NCBI RefSeq assembly: GCF_018350175.1
Contig: NC_058368.1
Location: 236,594,001-236,658,000, forward strand
Direction of reading: 5' to 3'
Source of the DNA: Felis catus
Lineage: Eukaryota
DNA: 64,000 nucleotides
Made by a program: the position numbers and the translations under genes. The notes under the pieces were generated by a model. That model was not told the DNA's origin. It was given only the letters and a program-made list of their open reading frames with translations, and ran no database searches. Shown here in pieces: positions 1 through 13,243 of the stretch. The stretch's first letter is position 1, and each line of letters starts with the position of its first letter.

Positions 1-9
1 AGATGGATG

Positions 10-12
<3 letters not shown>

Positions 13-53
<41 letters not shown>
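13..53. repeat. (AT)n microsatellite
   Basis: Uninterrupted AT dinucleotide run. Confidence 0.95.
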
Positions 54-56
<3 letters not shown>

Positions 57-1077
57 GTATGTATTTTACTATCTGATTACATGATGGATGGTTTCATATA
101 GCATTTTCCTCTTCTAAAAAAAGCCTGGAAATCTCTTGGTAATCATCTAATGCTATTGTGGCATACACTGCCAACAAATCTTAGAAAAGAAATTCGTTGT
201 TAATGAGTTACAGACATCAGTTTGGGAAACGTGCTTCATCCAGCCATTTCTAACATGGTGGCATTTTCTTCTGTGCAGTGAATACGGAGAAATGCCCCCC
301 ACCCCCCACTTGACCTGATTGAGCATGAATGTACTCGAGGGCCAGAAGGCTATCCAGCTCTCTTGTCACAGGAAAACACTGAGGTGCGAGTGAGTTGACT
401 GCCTTTCCCAGTGTTAAATTCTATTCAAGTACCAGGTCCTGGGTGCCATGTCATTGGAATATCACTTCCCCATTTGGAGCATGGGTATTTTGTCTCATAG
501 ATTTGTGGCATCCTAGGTGACCTTGGGGAAGACCGTCTCCACCTCAGAGGGACGAGGAAGGTGGGAGAATTTCCTCCTTGCTCCTCTCTGCCGTGGGGGA
601 AGCTCCAGAGGATTCCTCACCTGAACGCTTGCTCCTGCTCTGTCTCCAGTGAGCACATGGTCTGCACACTCCTTCCACTCTGGAATCACACTGTTCTATT
701 TGGAATATTTTCTGCAGGCCCCCACCTTTCCATCCTGCCGCCTCTCTCGTGGTTATCAATTTCCCCGCTGCCCCCTCAGGATTATTTGGATAGGCCCTCC
801 TCAACCTGCCTCTTTACCCGACTGTTTATTTATTATTTTGAAAGCTTTCTCCTTATTGGCCACTCTGGTCTTCCCAACACATCTGACCGCACCGACCTCT
901 TCTGCCTCTTCCTGTTTAGAACACCTGGAATGAATTCCAGCTGCAGAGACCCCGGCCACTCCTCACTGCCCCACTTACCTCCCAGATTTTCTGCGGCTTT
1001 GTCACATTTATGCTAAATTGTTGGATCAGCATTTCGTATGGAAAGTGACACAGGAGTGATGACCCAGTAACAATAGC

Positions 1078-1261
1078 TCTTGTCTCTCCCCCCCTTATCT
1101 CTCTTCCTCTCTCCGCCTCTCTCTTTCCCTCTCTGTATTTCTCTCTCCATCTCTCTCTCTCTCTCCCCTCTCTCTCTGTGTCTCCCCCCTCTTTTTGTCT
1201 CTGTCTCTCCCTCTCTTTCTCTCCCCTTCTCTCTCTGTGTCTCTGTCCTCTCTGTCTTTCC

Positions 1262-1296
<35 letters not shown>

Positions 1297-1302
1297 TTTC
1301 TC
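1078..1302. repeat. CT-rich low-complexity / (CT)n repeat
   Basis: Almost entirely C/T with (CT)n and TCTG units; source of the R/E- and S/L-rich ORFs. Confidence 0.9.
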
Positions 1303-3495
1303 ATGACTTTTGCTCTATTAGAGCTGCTAGTGTCTGGGCTTCTGTAACGGGTTGCCGTTGTTGACTGTTGGTGTCTTTGCTTTGTTTTATTTGCAGAAAC
1401 TGCTGAAATCTGTTTTAAATTATCTCAAGAAAAGTTGGTCCTGCCTCAATTCACGTAGCTGTTAGCCTAATCAATACATGTGTAATTAAAAAGCTGCCTG
1501 GACGAGGTTTTGGTCTGTTGAAGCTTTTGGTTCCAAACACAGCAGAACAACAACAACACCAAAAAAGTTTACTCTACTTTCTCCAAAGTCACAGCAGGTC
1601 CCAAACACCACAGAATGAGTCCCACCCAGGCCATACCCCCGCACTGGAGGCTGGTGGCCGCCTTCCTGAGCTGCTCTACCCCAGGTCCTGCTAACAGGCT
1701 GCTCTCTCATATCAGTGAAGTCTATTCTTCGCTCACACTGCACATGTTAAACTTGAGCTTTTAAAATTAATTTTCACCTGGACCTTCTGCTACTTTGGGA
1801 CATAGATTAACAGTTGATAATGTTACTATAAACACATCTACAAATCTCTTCTTAGGGCGATTATTTCATTACCATTTAGGTGAACCCATGCGTATATAAA
1901 TTAATTAAAGTGATCATATGTTTATAATTACACTGATAACTTTTAATGCCTCAAACACATTTTGTAGAGTGCGTTAACGCGTTGACCTTAAGTGGAAGTG
2001 TTTTATATTAAGTTTGGGAAGCGAAGTTCTAAAAATGCTCAACCGTGCGTTCATTCATTGAATAAAGTAGCAACGTGATGTTGGAGAGTGTTGGTAGGGA
2101 AGATGGCCAGAGGGCGTCGGGACCCAAAGGAGAGGAAAGAGTCGTGAATCATTGTGCTCCCAGGACAAACAACTGCGTGAAAGACCATGCTTCCTCCGGA
2201 AATATTCAGAGAATTCTAAGACAAACTCTTTCAGGGACCAAGATCCAGCCAGCAATGACGACTTTGCATGGAGACCTCCATTCTTTGGTCTCCAAGTGTT
2301 CCCTGAAGCCCGTGGGCCTTAGAAGGCGACTGTACTTGACTACAATGACCTGACATGAGTGAGTTTTGAAATGCAGGTGTGCAGCAGGAATTAACCATGT
2401 GTTTTGAAGGAACTGGTGAGTGGCCTTTGTCAGGTGTCACCAGCCGCCTTGATATGACCCAAATCCCATCCATCCTTGTTTCTTAGGGGGCCCTGCCCTG
2501 CTCCTCCGATACCCTACCCAAGAAGCACAAAGAATGGACCCTGACTGGAGTACCCCAGACATTTGCAGCTGCCATTGGAGGACGACAGAGGTGAGTGTAG
2601 GTGGGCTGCAGAGGCTGGGACCCCACCCACCCTCCATCCACTGTGGTCTGCGGGGTAGGACCTGCTGGGAATAGGAGGGATGGAACCCACGTTACCCTCA
2701 CTGCCTGAATGACTGGACCATCTCTCTTGGCTCTTTCTAAGATGATGTCCCCCTAAACTCCCTCTTCTCTTGGACAGGCCTGGAGCTTCCCCACCCCCCA
2801 CCATGGTCCCCAGTCTTCTCAGTGTCCAGGGACCCCCTTTCTGTCATCAGTCTGCCCCCTCTGCCTCTTCTCGGTCTTTGGGTGTCACTCATACCCAACA
2901 CTGCCCTTGAACACCCTGTGTTCCTTCCAATCCAACTTCTTTGCTTTGCCGTTCTCTACCCTAAGAATGATCTTTTTCTATCTCTCTTTTTCCCTGGGCT
3001 CCAACAATTTAAATCCATAAACACAGAGAGAGGAAGCCTGCCACCTCTGCAGGGACTGCTGGGAAACGGTCCTAACTGCAGCAGTGATGACTGTTAAGGT
3101 GGCCCTTGATGAAAGAATAGGAGAGTCATCAGAGTTGGGGCCGGAAGCGCAGATCCCCTGCATCCCCAGGGGAGGAAGCCGGGACCAGAGGGCAGGCACG
3201 CCCCAGGTACTGTGCTGAGCCATTGTACACACACCAGTGTGACTTCTGCGGCTCCAGAGGCTTCGTGAAGGGAGATCCCCCTTATCTGTTCTTGCCTGCC
3301 TCTCTCTTCCCTATGGAGGAGGAAAGAGCTAGCTGTTGGTGGATCTGGGGAAGGATCCAGGTGGGTGCAGCTAGGGTCTCCTCCCCTTTCCTCTGAGTCC
3401 ACCTGTGGGGGCAGGTGTGGTATCCCTGGGAAGTACAAGTGTTCCAGAATGTGCTTGGATGTGTAGGGACATTAGTGGTGAAAGGCCACACCTGG

Positions 3496-3543
3496 TGTGA
3501 ATGTGCCTGTGTGTGCGGGTGTGCCTGTGTGTGTGTGTGTGTG
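3496..3543. repeat. Imperfect (TG)n microsatellite
   Basis: TGTGCCTGTGTGTGCGGGTGTGCCTGTGTGTGTGTGTGTG. Confidence 0.8.
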
Positions 3544-3703
3544 ATCTCGTGGTTCGTGAGTTCGAGCCCCGCATCGGGCTCTGCGCTGACAGCTGGGAGC
3601 CTGGAGTCTGCTTCGGATTCTGTGTCTCCCTCTCTCTCTGCCCCTCCTCCGCTCATGCTCTCTCTTCTCTCTCTCTCTCAAAACTAAATAAGCATTAAAA
3701 AAA
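3542..3703 (+). mobile_element. Can-SINE (feline SINEC_Fc-like), 5'-truncated
   Basis: TGATCTCGTGGTTCGTGAGTTCGAGCCCCGCATCGGGCTCTG...(CT)n...A-rich tail; lacks the GGGGCGCCTGGGTGG head and A box. Confidence 0.92.
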
Positions 3704-3705
3704 TT

Positions 3706-3835
3706 AAAACAGAGATACAAACTTCCAGTTACAAAATAAATAAGCCTAAGCAATGGGCAGAGCTGCTGAACCACCTGTTGTGCACCTGTGACCAACCCAA
3801 TGTTGTAGGGCAATTATATTTCAATTAAACAAAAA
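3706..3835 (+). mobile_element. L1 3' end fragment (L1MA/L1_Carn-like)
   Basis: TACAAACTTCCAGTTACAAAATAAATAAG ... TGTTGTGCACCTGTGACCAACCCAATGTTGTAGGGCAATTATATTTCAATTAAA resembles the L1MA-type 3' terminus. Confidence 0.7.
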
Positions 3836-3929
3836 CAGATAATCTAATCATCGCATCTATACTATAAAATAATTAATTTGAAGACGGACTGAGAATAATA
3901 TTTACAAATTGAGTTGTAAGTTTGAAAAG

Positions 3930-4392
3930 TGAACGAAATTCTATCTCAACACTAAGGGAATTTGAGAGTGCACCGAAGAGAAAGGCTAGAAGTTAAAAAC
4001 GTTTTGATGAAATTAAAACTCAGTGGAGGCAATGGGTGAAACAGCAGATTACACACAACTGAAAAGAAAGTTCATAAAATGAGGGTAATTTACTGACTAA
4101 ATTACCTGGAATTCAGGACAGAGAAAGCAAAAGACGGAAAATATGAAAGAATGGCAGGTAGAATGAGATCTAACACAAGTGTGACTGGAGTTTCAGAACG
4201 CAGGGCAAGAGAATGAGGGAGAAGGAATATTCAGAAAGTTCTGTAATTAGGAATCCAGGATTCTTCTAATTCAGGAAGAAGAACCAACCTGAAGCAAGAT
4301 AAATTAGAAACTAAACACAAGCATAGACATAGTGCAATAAAACATCAGAGCATTAATGTCTGAACAGATCTTAACAGGAATCACAGAGAGAT
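3930..4392 (+). mobile_element. Decayed L1/HAL1 ORF1-region fragment
   Basis: A-rich sequence with L1 ORF1-like motifs (AACAGCAGATTACACACAACTGAA; ATCTAACACAAGTGTGACTGGAGTTTCAGAA; GAAGGAATATTCAGAAA); no open frame. Confidence 0.6.
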
Positions 4393-4511
4393 CCAGGGGT
4401 CAGAAGGGTGTGGGGGGGGGGAGGGGGTGGCGGCTTAATAAAGAACATGATGACTAAATTATAAAAATGAAAAAAAAAGGTCTTAATTTTCAGTGGACAT
4501 GTGTCTATGGT

Positions 4512-5404
4512 CGTGACACCGTGATTTAGAACAAGAAATATAGATTAGTCGTCCTTCCTGGCACAGAGTTCCTAAAACCCTTGGAATTCCTTAAGTGACA
4601 ACACCCACAGAAGTGAAAGAAATATCTTTGGTTCTTTATAACAAGCCCTTTTCAGCCGTTCCTGAGTTTACATCAGTGAGGTGACTTTGGGAAAGAGGTT
4701 CCTATATAACCACTGGGTGGGGGCCAGTTGCCAAGGGAACGAGCCAGGAGTAGAGGGTGGGGATTCCTAGCCCGACCCCATCACCACCCAGAGAGGGGAG
4801 AGGGGCTGGCGTTGAAGGGATCACCAACCACCAATGATTTAATCAACTGCGCCCAGGTCAGGAAGCCTTCACAGAAGCCATAACTGAGGGAATTTGAGAG
4901 TTTCCTCGTTGCTGACGGCATGAAGGTGCAGAGAGAAGGTTCACATAGAGACCCCTGGAAACTCAAGGCCCCTCCCACACCCCGCACTCCTGAATCTCTT
5001 GCATCTGGCTATTCCTGAGGTGCATCCTTTATAAAAACCAGTGATAGTAAGGAAAGCGCTTTCCTGAATTCTGTGAGCTCTTCTGGCAAATCGCCATTCC
5101 TGGGGAAGGGGTCATGGGAGCCCCCAATTTATAGATGGCTGGTCATGAACATGGGTGCCACCTGGACTTGGAACTGGCATCTGGGGTTGGGGAGCCTTAT
5201 GCGGGGTCCGTGCTAACTCCGCTGAGTTAGTGTCAGCACTGAGTTGAGTTGTAGGATGCCCGGCGGATGTCTGGAGAGCTGAAGTGCTGGTCATGGGGGA
5301 AAAAATCCCGCGCACCTGAGGTCAGAAGGGCTTTGAGTGTAGAGGGTAAAACAGTGAGGTGTCTCTGTTTTTGTTTTTGTTTTTTTGTTTTCCCAGGGTG
5401 TTAC
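4512..5404 (+). mobile_element. MER21-family solo LTR
   Basis: Start resembles MER21 (GTGATTTAGAACAAGAAATATAG...TTCCTGGCACAGAGTTCCTAAAACCCTTGGAATTCC); internal CAATGATTTAATCAA, TTCCTGAATTCTGTGAGC, ACTGGCATCTG, GTTAGTGTCAG; ends ...TTACA. Confidence 0.8.
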
Positions 5405-8216
5405 AGGTGAAATTGTTATTTTAAATCAAGGGCTCAGTTTCTTCTTCAAGGATGAAGAGTCTGGGGGAACATTCTGAACCGCCCCTTTGGGAGGAAGGTG
5501 CTGCGCTCAGGGCGTGTGAGGCAGCGCGTGTCTGGACCAAGCAGAGGGCGTGGGTGAGGGCAGGAGTAGGGGGACGAGGACATGAAGGGACAGCCAGGAG
5601 AGGCCTGGAGACAGAGTGAGCCAGAGCAGCACCAGGAACTGAACTCAGTGGGAATCCATCACTATCTGGGGGGCCGACGGACCACTTACCAGTCGGTCCC
5701 CAGTCTCGATCTGTGGCTTTGCTAACAGATATACCCCTTTCTTTCCCTAGAACCTCTCTCCGTGCCATGATGCATGTTTTCCCAATCCGGGAAGGGGGTG
5801 AATTTCACCCCAGGAGAGATGCCGGCAAAAAAGATACTTGTCCTGAGGCCTCAGTCCAGAGGCAGATAGGGACACATAAAACCCTAGAATGCCACAGAAC
5901 AGAATCAGACTTTTGAAAAGGCAATCCCCTGGCCTGTGCTATCAATGGCACCTGCAGAGTTACCACTGTGGCCCGACATGGGCACACCTCAGTTCCAACT
6001 AAGGCCAGTGCAGAGTTTTATGTTTTACAAGGTGCATCCTGTGAAAGAGAAGAATATCGCTGAACCCCTGTCGTGTGTTAGGAACCATATTGCTGCCATA
6101 TTACAGAAGAAAAACATGGAGCTTTAGAGAATTAATTGAATGTCTCCATAGCCTGTCTAAAATGTTTTCAGGGACGATAAATTGGAATCAATCAATAAAT
6201 TGGATCAATTTACTGGAGAGGGCAACATGGAGTCGGGGAAGGATTTGCCCCCCGCACCCCCCCCCCCATCGTGGCAATTCAGCACCTCTGCAACATGGTT
6301 GCCCTTGATCTCTACTGAAGATTACGTTTCTTTAAAAATGTGAAAAAAAAATGAGAGGTACTAGAAAGTCCCTTAGGATCATTCCCAGGAGGGTAGGTCA
6401 TTCAGGGGTTAGTTTTTGAGGAAGGACTTCCAAATACATGTGTGGGTCCTTGGAGCCATCAAGATGGGCAGTCTCACCTGGGGCCGGTCAGTAGTTCCAA
6501 ATGCACTACTATGCAAGTGGTCTATTTGGAGCATTTAGGAAGAAAAGCTGCCACCTCTCTGGAAGAAGGTGGTGAGTGGTCTCGCCAATGCCCCAAGGAG
6601 CTACATCTGCGAAACCCTTGCCGCTGGCCCCTGCTCGGTGTTGGTTTCTAGACTCCATGAAGGATGTGGTACCCAAGGAAGTCCCAAGAAGGATATGAAA
6701 TCTCATCTACCAACAGAAATTCAGAGAGTGCTTTAGTTCCCCAAGTGCCAAGGGATTGGAAATAACTTACACACACAGAAACTCGCCAACGTTGGAAAGC
6801 CAGAGGGCACCCTTCCCCGCCACAGTGAGGAGATCCCAGGTCTGGAAATCTAATTCAACTGGAACATCGCTTCCTCCATGAAACAATCCTCCCCCTCCCC
6901 CCAGCTTACAATACTGCCCTCCGTCCTCATAGAACTTTGTCCCTGCTCCTCTACAAGCTGCCATCTCTGTGTGCTTCTTATTTCGGATATGAGGGGGAGT
7001 TCCTTGACAGCAGGTGCTGTTCCACCCCCCACCCCCCGGAACAGCACACAGAGAGATTTGATGGGTGCTTGCTTGCTTGGCCGAACGGGTGAGCCTGTAG
7101 AGAAGAAAGATGGAGGTTCCAGAGGAAGAGACCAACCAGATGAGTGGCCTTTGGAGTATTTTTAAAAAGGAGATTTGACAGCTCAAAGAGATCCTCTCTG
7201 AATTGAATAATTGCTCGGGAATTCTTTTGTTCTTCCACATCTCCACAAAATTAAAGGTTTCTGCAAGCAATTAATGAGCAAATAATTCCTCGATCGCTGG
7301 CCATAGCTGCTTGAATGTCTGAAACATTCCTCGAGCCCTTGGTTGTTTTTCTTCTGGCCGCCAGTGGTAACTTCTTAAGGACACTTAAAAGTCATTTCTA
7401 GCCAAGGGCTCCATTTTATCCTCCCAGAATAGTATGAGAGAAGCCTGAGAAAAGTCACATGAGGGATCTACCCAACCTGGGAAGCTTCGACATCTGGCCA
7501 TAGTCACACGCTGGGTTAATCCAATTATATGGGAATGGTAGTTTTTAAAGAAAACAAAATTCATGCTGAGTTTTGGCAGAGCACTTATCCCAGTAGATGA
7601 GAGGCTCCTTTCTAGAAATCACTGGCCCTGGTCATGTAAGTAATTGAGTTTAAATAAACTGGTGCTTTGGAGGTGAACAGTTCAGTTGGCACATGGTGCT
7701 GTTTGACAGCGATGTTTCGTGTAATTGGGAGGGCACAGACCCCCCGAGAGTGCTTAAGCTCGCGCCGGGGACCCCGATTCTCTGGCTGCTGGTTGACGGT
7801 CCTTGTTATCTTTGCTGCTATGACTCCTCTCCAAACTTATAAATGCTATTACCTGGAGGCCCAATTCTGACTTATTCTCATTTGGCACAGCTACATGAGG
7901 TCCTGGAAATGCTCAACTGCTGATTCTAACCAAGAGAGAGCTTCTGGGGGCGGGGTGGGGTGGTGGGTGGTGGTGGCTTCCCCTCCCCCAACTCTTCAGT
8001 CCCAGAAAAGTCATCATTACGTTTCCATACGAAGATGTTCTCCCCAACTTTCACAGAAAGATTGAGTCAACAATTAGATTTGTTAGGTTATGCATTTTAT
8101 TTTAGAAAAGTTTTACATTTATAAAAAAACCCTGCAAACTTAGTATAGACAGTTCCCATGTGTCGATACTCGCATTCCTTCATATCTAACATCTTTCCTT
8201 CATATGCTCCAATATT

Positions 8217-8428
8217 GGGGGTGCCTGGCTGGCTCGGTGGTTTAAGCATCCCACTTCGGCTCAGGTCATGATCTCGCGGTCCATGAGTTCGAGCTCTGCG
8301 TTGGGCTCTGTGCTGACAGCTCAGAGCCTGGAGCTTGCTTTGGATTCTGTGTCTACCTCTCTTTCTGCCCCTCCCCCAGTTGTGATCTTTCTCTCTTTCT
8401 CTCTCAAAAAATAAAGATTAAAAAAAAA
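8217..8428 (+). mobile_element. Full-length Can-SINE (feline type) inserted in L1
   Basis: GGGGGTGCCTGGCTGGCTCGGTGG head, GAGTTCGAG B-box-like region, CT tract, A tail. Confidence 0.95.
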
Positions 8429-11211
8429 CATATTAGTACATAACGGTTAACTAAATTCCATAGTTCACACAGATATCTTTAGTTTTCCACTAATATCATT
8501 TTTGTGTTCCAGCATCCCATTCTGGATGCAATATTTTACTTAGTGCATCTCTGTAGGCTCCTCTTGGCTGTGACAGTTTCTCAGACTTTCCTTGTTTTAG
8601 ATGACCTTGACAGTTTTGAGGAGTTCTGGTCAGGTGGTTTGTGGAATGCCTCATGATTAGGCTGGGCTTATGGATTACCAAGAAGGGCACTCATTAGGGT
8701 TTACCCCTTGCTGCAAACTTCTGTAGGTTTTGATAAATGCATAATGTCACATGTTCACCATCACAGTGTCGTGCAGAATATGCATGATATTTGTAAAAAA
8801 TCCCGTCTTCACCTATCTGAACTTTCCCACTGCCAGAACCCTTGGCAACCAAGGAATTGTTTGCCATCCAATCTCTATAATCTGCTTCTTCCAGAATTTC
8901 ATTCAAAGGAAATCATCCATCATGTGCCATTTTCAGATTCCTTTCTTTTACTAACCCATGTGACTCTAGGAATCAGCATGTCTTCACATGACTTGACAAC
9001 TTACTTTTGTTGTTGTCGCCCAATGGTTTCTTTGTTCAGAAAAACAACAATCCATTTATTCATTCCTCTATCAAAAACACCTTGATTGTTCCCAACATTT
9101 AACAATTATGAGAAAATCCACTATAAACATTTTCATAGAGGCATTTGTATGAACACAAATTTTCAAATTGGTTGGGTAAATTCCTCCAAGTGTGACTGCT
9201 GGATTGTATGGCAAGAACAGTTACCTTTGGATGAAACCACCAAGCTTCCTTCTACGTAGCTGTGCCATTTTTCATTCCCATCAGGTGGATGAGAATCCCT
9301 GCTGTACCATGTCCTCACCAGCAGCCGGCATTCTCCCCGGGTAGGGTTGTTTGTGGTTCTGACTGGGGCACGGTGACGACTTTCAATCCCCTGAGGACAA
9401 ACCACGTTGAGCTTCTCCTCATATTTTCCATCTGTCTGTGCCCTCTGGTGAAGTTTCTGTGCATACAGATTGCCCATTTTTGTTTTACAAGTTTGGAGTT
9501 ATAAGAGCTCTGTACGCATTATGGATACAAGTCCTTCGGATACGAGTCCATCAGGTATATTTTCAACAGTCTGTGGCTTCCCTTTTCTTTCTCATAACAG
9601 CGTCTTTTGTAGAACAAAAGTATTTCATTTTAATAAATCCTAACTTACCGTTTTTCCTTTTAAGGGTGGTATTTTTTGCTCGTTTCTAAAAACGCATCAC
9701 CAAGCTCCAAGTCAGAAAAATTCCCTCATGTATTTTCTTTGAGAAATGTCAGAGGTTTACATTTTACACCTGAGTCTGTCATCCATTTGGAGTAGATTTT
9801 TGTGTAAACTGTGTAAATTCTATATGTGGTTTCTTTTTCCTTTTCTTTGCCTATAACACCCAGCTGTTCCAGCATCATCTATACAAGAAGTTATTCTTTC
9901 TCTATTGAATTACCTTTGCACTTGTATCAAAAATCAGTTGAATATAATTACATGGACCCATTACTGGGTTCTGTCTTCTATTCTATTGTTTTGTTGTCCA
10001 CTCTTTCACTGGTGAAAGGCTTTCTGGCCCACTGTTGCTTGATAATAAACCTTGAGATCAGATGGCTTGGGTTATATGAGTCCCCAGCTATTTTTTCTGT
10101 TTCTTCAGTATTGTGTTGGCTCTTTGGGGTTTATTGTCTTCCCACATAAACTGTAGAATGAGTGTGTTGATATACACCCACGGACGCAGGGACATGTTTA
10201 TTGGGATTACAATGGTATTGAATCTGCACATCAGTATGGGAGGAAATGACAAAAGCAAATCTCCCTGTACCTGAACAAAAAATAGCTCTCCATCTACTTA
10301 AATCTCTTTGCTTTATTCATCAACATTTTATAGTTTTTCACCCACATAATTTGATAGTTTTATCCCTAAGTATTTCTCCCTTTTTGGTGCTATTGTAAAT
10401 GGTACTGTTTTTTAATTTAAAATTCCAGTTATTCACTGCTGACACACTGGAAAACAGTGGACTAACGTGTGTTGACTTTGCTATATTTGCTTATTACGTC
10501 CAGGAGTTTTTGGTAAATTTGGAGGATTCTGTAAATCAGTCGTATCATCTAAAAATGAAACTGGTTTTGTTGTTTTCCTTTCACATCTGTATACATTTTG
10601 TTTTTGTTTTGTTTTTGTTTTTGTTTTATTTTCCATATGGTTTTAGCCACAACTTCAGTTCAGAGAAGTTGTGCTAGAGGACATTCTTGCTCTGTTTCTG
10701 ACATTAGGGGGAATAGTCCAGCGTCTCACCATTAAGTATGAGGCCAGCTGGGTTTCGTGCTAGTGTTTCCTTGTGTCCTTCATCAGGCTGAGGAAGTTCT
10801 CTTCTTTCTTAGCATGATGAAAGATGGGTGTTAGATTTTGCCAAATCCTTTCTCTACATTAATTGGCACGTTGACATGATTTTGCTACGTTAGTCTATTG
10901 CTTATGTGGCTTACATTAATTGATGTTTGACTGTTGAACCATACTTGCACACCTGGAATGAATCCCATTTGTTTGTGATGCAGTGTAAGCTTTATTGGTC
11001 TTTCCAAGGAATGTTTTAAATTGTATCATTTTTCTCTGTTGTTTTCTTATTTATGATTTCATTGATTTCTGCTTTAATTTTTATTATTTTGTTTCTTTTG
11101 CTTTTTTGAAGGCTTAAAATATTCCATTCCTCTGGACTCCTAAAATTAAAGCTTACTTTTTTTTTAAATTTTATATCATCTTCTCTTCTAGTATAGATCG
11201 GTGTGGGGGAG

Positions 11212-11260
11212 ACGACAGATGATAGGTAGGTAGATAGATAGATGATAGATATGATATATA
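11212..11260. repeat. Short imperfect (GATA)n repeat
   Basis: GATGATAGGTAGGTAGATAGATAGATGATAGATATGATAT. Confidence 0.7.
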
Positions 11261-13050
11261 AATACAGTATATCAAATTCTCTCTAAGTTCTGTGTTTGTG
11301 TCATGCCACACACTTTGGTCATTGTATCTTCATACTTATTTAATTCAAAATACATTTTTCATTTCTGTTAAGACTTCTTACTTGACCCATACATTATTTT
11401 GACAGATATCGTTAAATTGTTAATAATAATTGGGGAATTCCGACCATTTTTCTGTTATTTATTTCTAATTTGATTCCGTGTGTTCTGAGAACATTGTACG
11501 ATTTTCAGTATTTTAAATTTGTTGATGTGTGCTTGTGACACACATATGGTTTTCCGTGATAAATAATGCATCTCAGCTAGAGAAGAATGTGTATTCAGCG
11601 GTTGTTTGATGGAGAATTCTATGAAAGTCAATTAGGAAAAGTGGATTAATTGTGCTATTTGCATCCTATGTGTCCTGAAAGGTTTTATTTCTGCTTTGAT
11701 CTCCCTATTTATGACAGAGAGGTGTTAAAATCCTCAGGTATCCTTTAATGCTATCAGTTTTGCTTTATATATCTTGATATCTTGCTGCTGGGTGCATCCA
11801 GATAGAGGATAGACCCCTTTATCCATGTGTAATATACATCTTTATCCTTGATAAATAGCCTTGTTCTCAAATCTCCTTTACTTATATTTAAAACAGCTTC
11901 TCCAACTTTTTTTTTTTTTTAATTAGTGTTAGCCTGGAATATTTTTCTCTATTCTTTTACTTTTAACTTTGCTATGTCTTTATATTTAAAGGTGGGTTCT
12001 TAGACTAAAAAACCTGGGGGGAGGTTTAAATCCATTCTGGCAATGTCTCTTTAATTCATCTATCTAAACCATTCACATTTAAAGTGGTAGTTGCTGAAGT
12101 TGGATAGATTTTTCCCAAATGTGTAATTAATGTCATTTGCTGTATTTGTTCTTTGTTCATTTCTTCCCATCTTTTCTGTCCTGCCTGGTTTTAATTGAAC
12201 ATTATACTATTCCATTTCCTTTCCTCTCTTAGCATTTTATCTTTCTTATATTCCTTCTTAAAAACTTTTTTTTGTGGGTGGTCACAGTTTCCAATATGTA
12301 TTTTTAAATAATCTAAGAGATTTTAAATGTGAATCAAAGTACATATTGCCATATTTAAAAAAGTTAAGTCATATATATATATATATATATATGAACATAC
12401 AAATAGGAAGTATTTTATATATTTTTCTTGTATGTTTGCATGTATTTTTATAAGAACATGACATGAAATATAGAACACATGTTCCAGATGTGAATGGAAA
12501 CACACCCACAGACACTTTAGCAATCAAACTAAGAGAGAGATGAAAAGGAAGAGGTTATCATTACTCTTTTGCTGTATTTGTTCTTTACATTATTTCACTA
12601 TTGCTTTAAATACATATTTAGTTAAATTTATATAACTCTAGTGGAAATAAATGTAGCTTGTTTTATTTTCCAAATGTTATACGAAGTACATTTTGAAAAT
12701 AACTTTTTTTTCTTCTTTTCTTTATAAAGTATAAACTTTATAAAAACAGGGCCTATATTTATATCTTTCTCAAAGCTGTATTTTGAATCCGAATGACATA
12801 GAGACCATCTAATAATTACTTGTCAAATGTAGGTTTGGATGAATGAATTCGTTAATAAATACTCGAGAGAAACATGGGCAGAGTGTGCTGATAAATATTA
12901 CTTCATAATTTTCCTGGAGATGACCTCTTGATATCTGAGACTCAACATCTTATAATATATGCATTTTTATTTACATGTTTTGTGCCCAATGGTAATATGA
13001 GAATGTTTTATAATGACATTCCCAAATGTCACACACATTTAAAAAAAAAC

Positions 13051-13243
13051 TTTTTTTAATGTGTATTTATTTTTGAGAGGGTGGGGGAAGGGACAGAGAG
13101 AAAGGGAGACATAGAATCGGAAGCAGGCTCCAGGCTCTGAGCTGTCAGCACAGAGCCTGACGTGGGGCTCAAACTCCCCAGCCATGAGATCATGACCTGA
13201 GCCGAAGTCAGACGCTCAACTGACTGAGCCACCCAGGCGCCCC
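13051..13243 (-). mobile_element. Can-SINE (feline type)
   Basis: Reverse complement of a full element ending ...GACTGAGCCACCCAGGCGCCCC; degenerate TSD ACACATTTAAA / ACACGTTTTAAA. Confidence 0.95.

Larger units (their letters stand above)
8095..12330 (-). mobile_element. Old L1 (L1MC/L1MD-like) 3' UTR plus decayed ORF2, interrupted by a SINE and a GATA repeat; possibly more than one fragment
   Basis: T-rich antisense L1: GGCTGTGACAGTTTCTCAGACTTTCCTTGTTTTAGATGACCTTGACAGTTTTGAGGAG; CAGCTGTTCCAGCATCATCT; CACCATTAAGTATGA; GAGAAGAATGTGTATTC. No intact frame. Confidence 0.85.

Noticed and set aside
1372..1470. Strong-looking splice acceptor (TTTGCTTTGTTTTATTTGCAG) as a coding exon start
   Set aside because: No convincing donor or recognisable peptide follows; such motifs are common by chance.
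8217..8300. tRNA-like sequences with A/B boxes, here and in other SINE heads
   Set aside because: They are tRNA-derived Can-SINE heads followed by SINE body, not tRNA genes.
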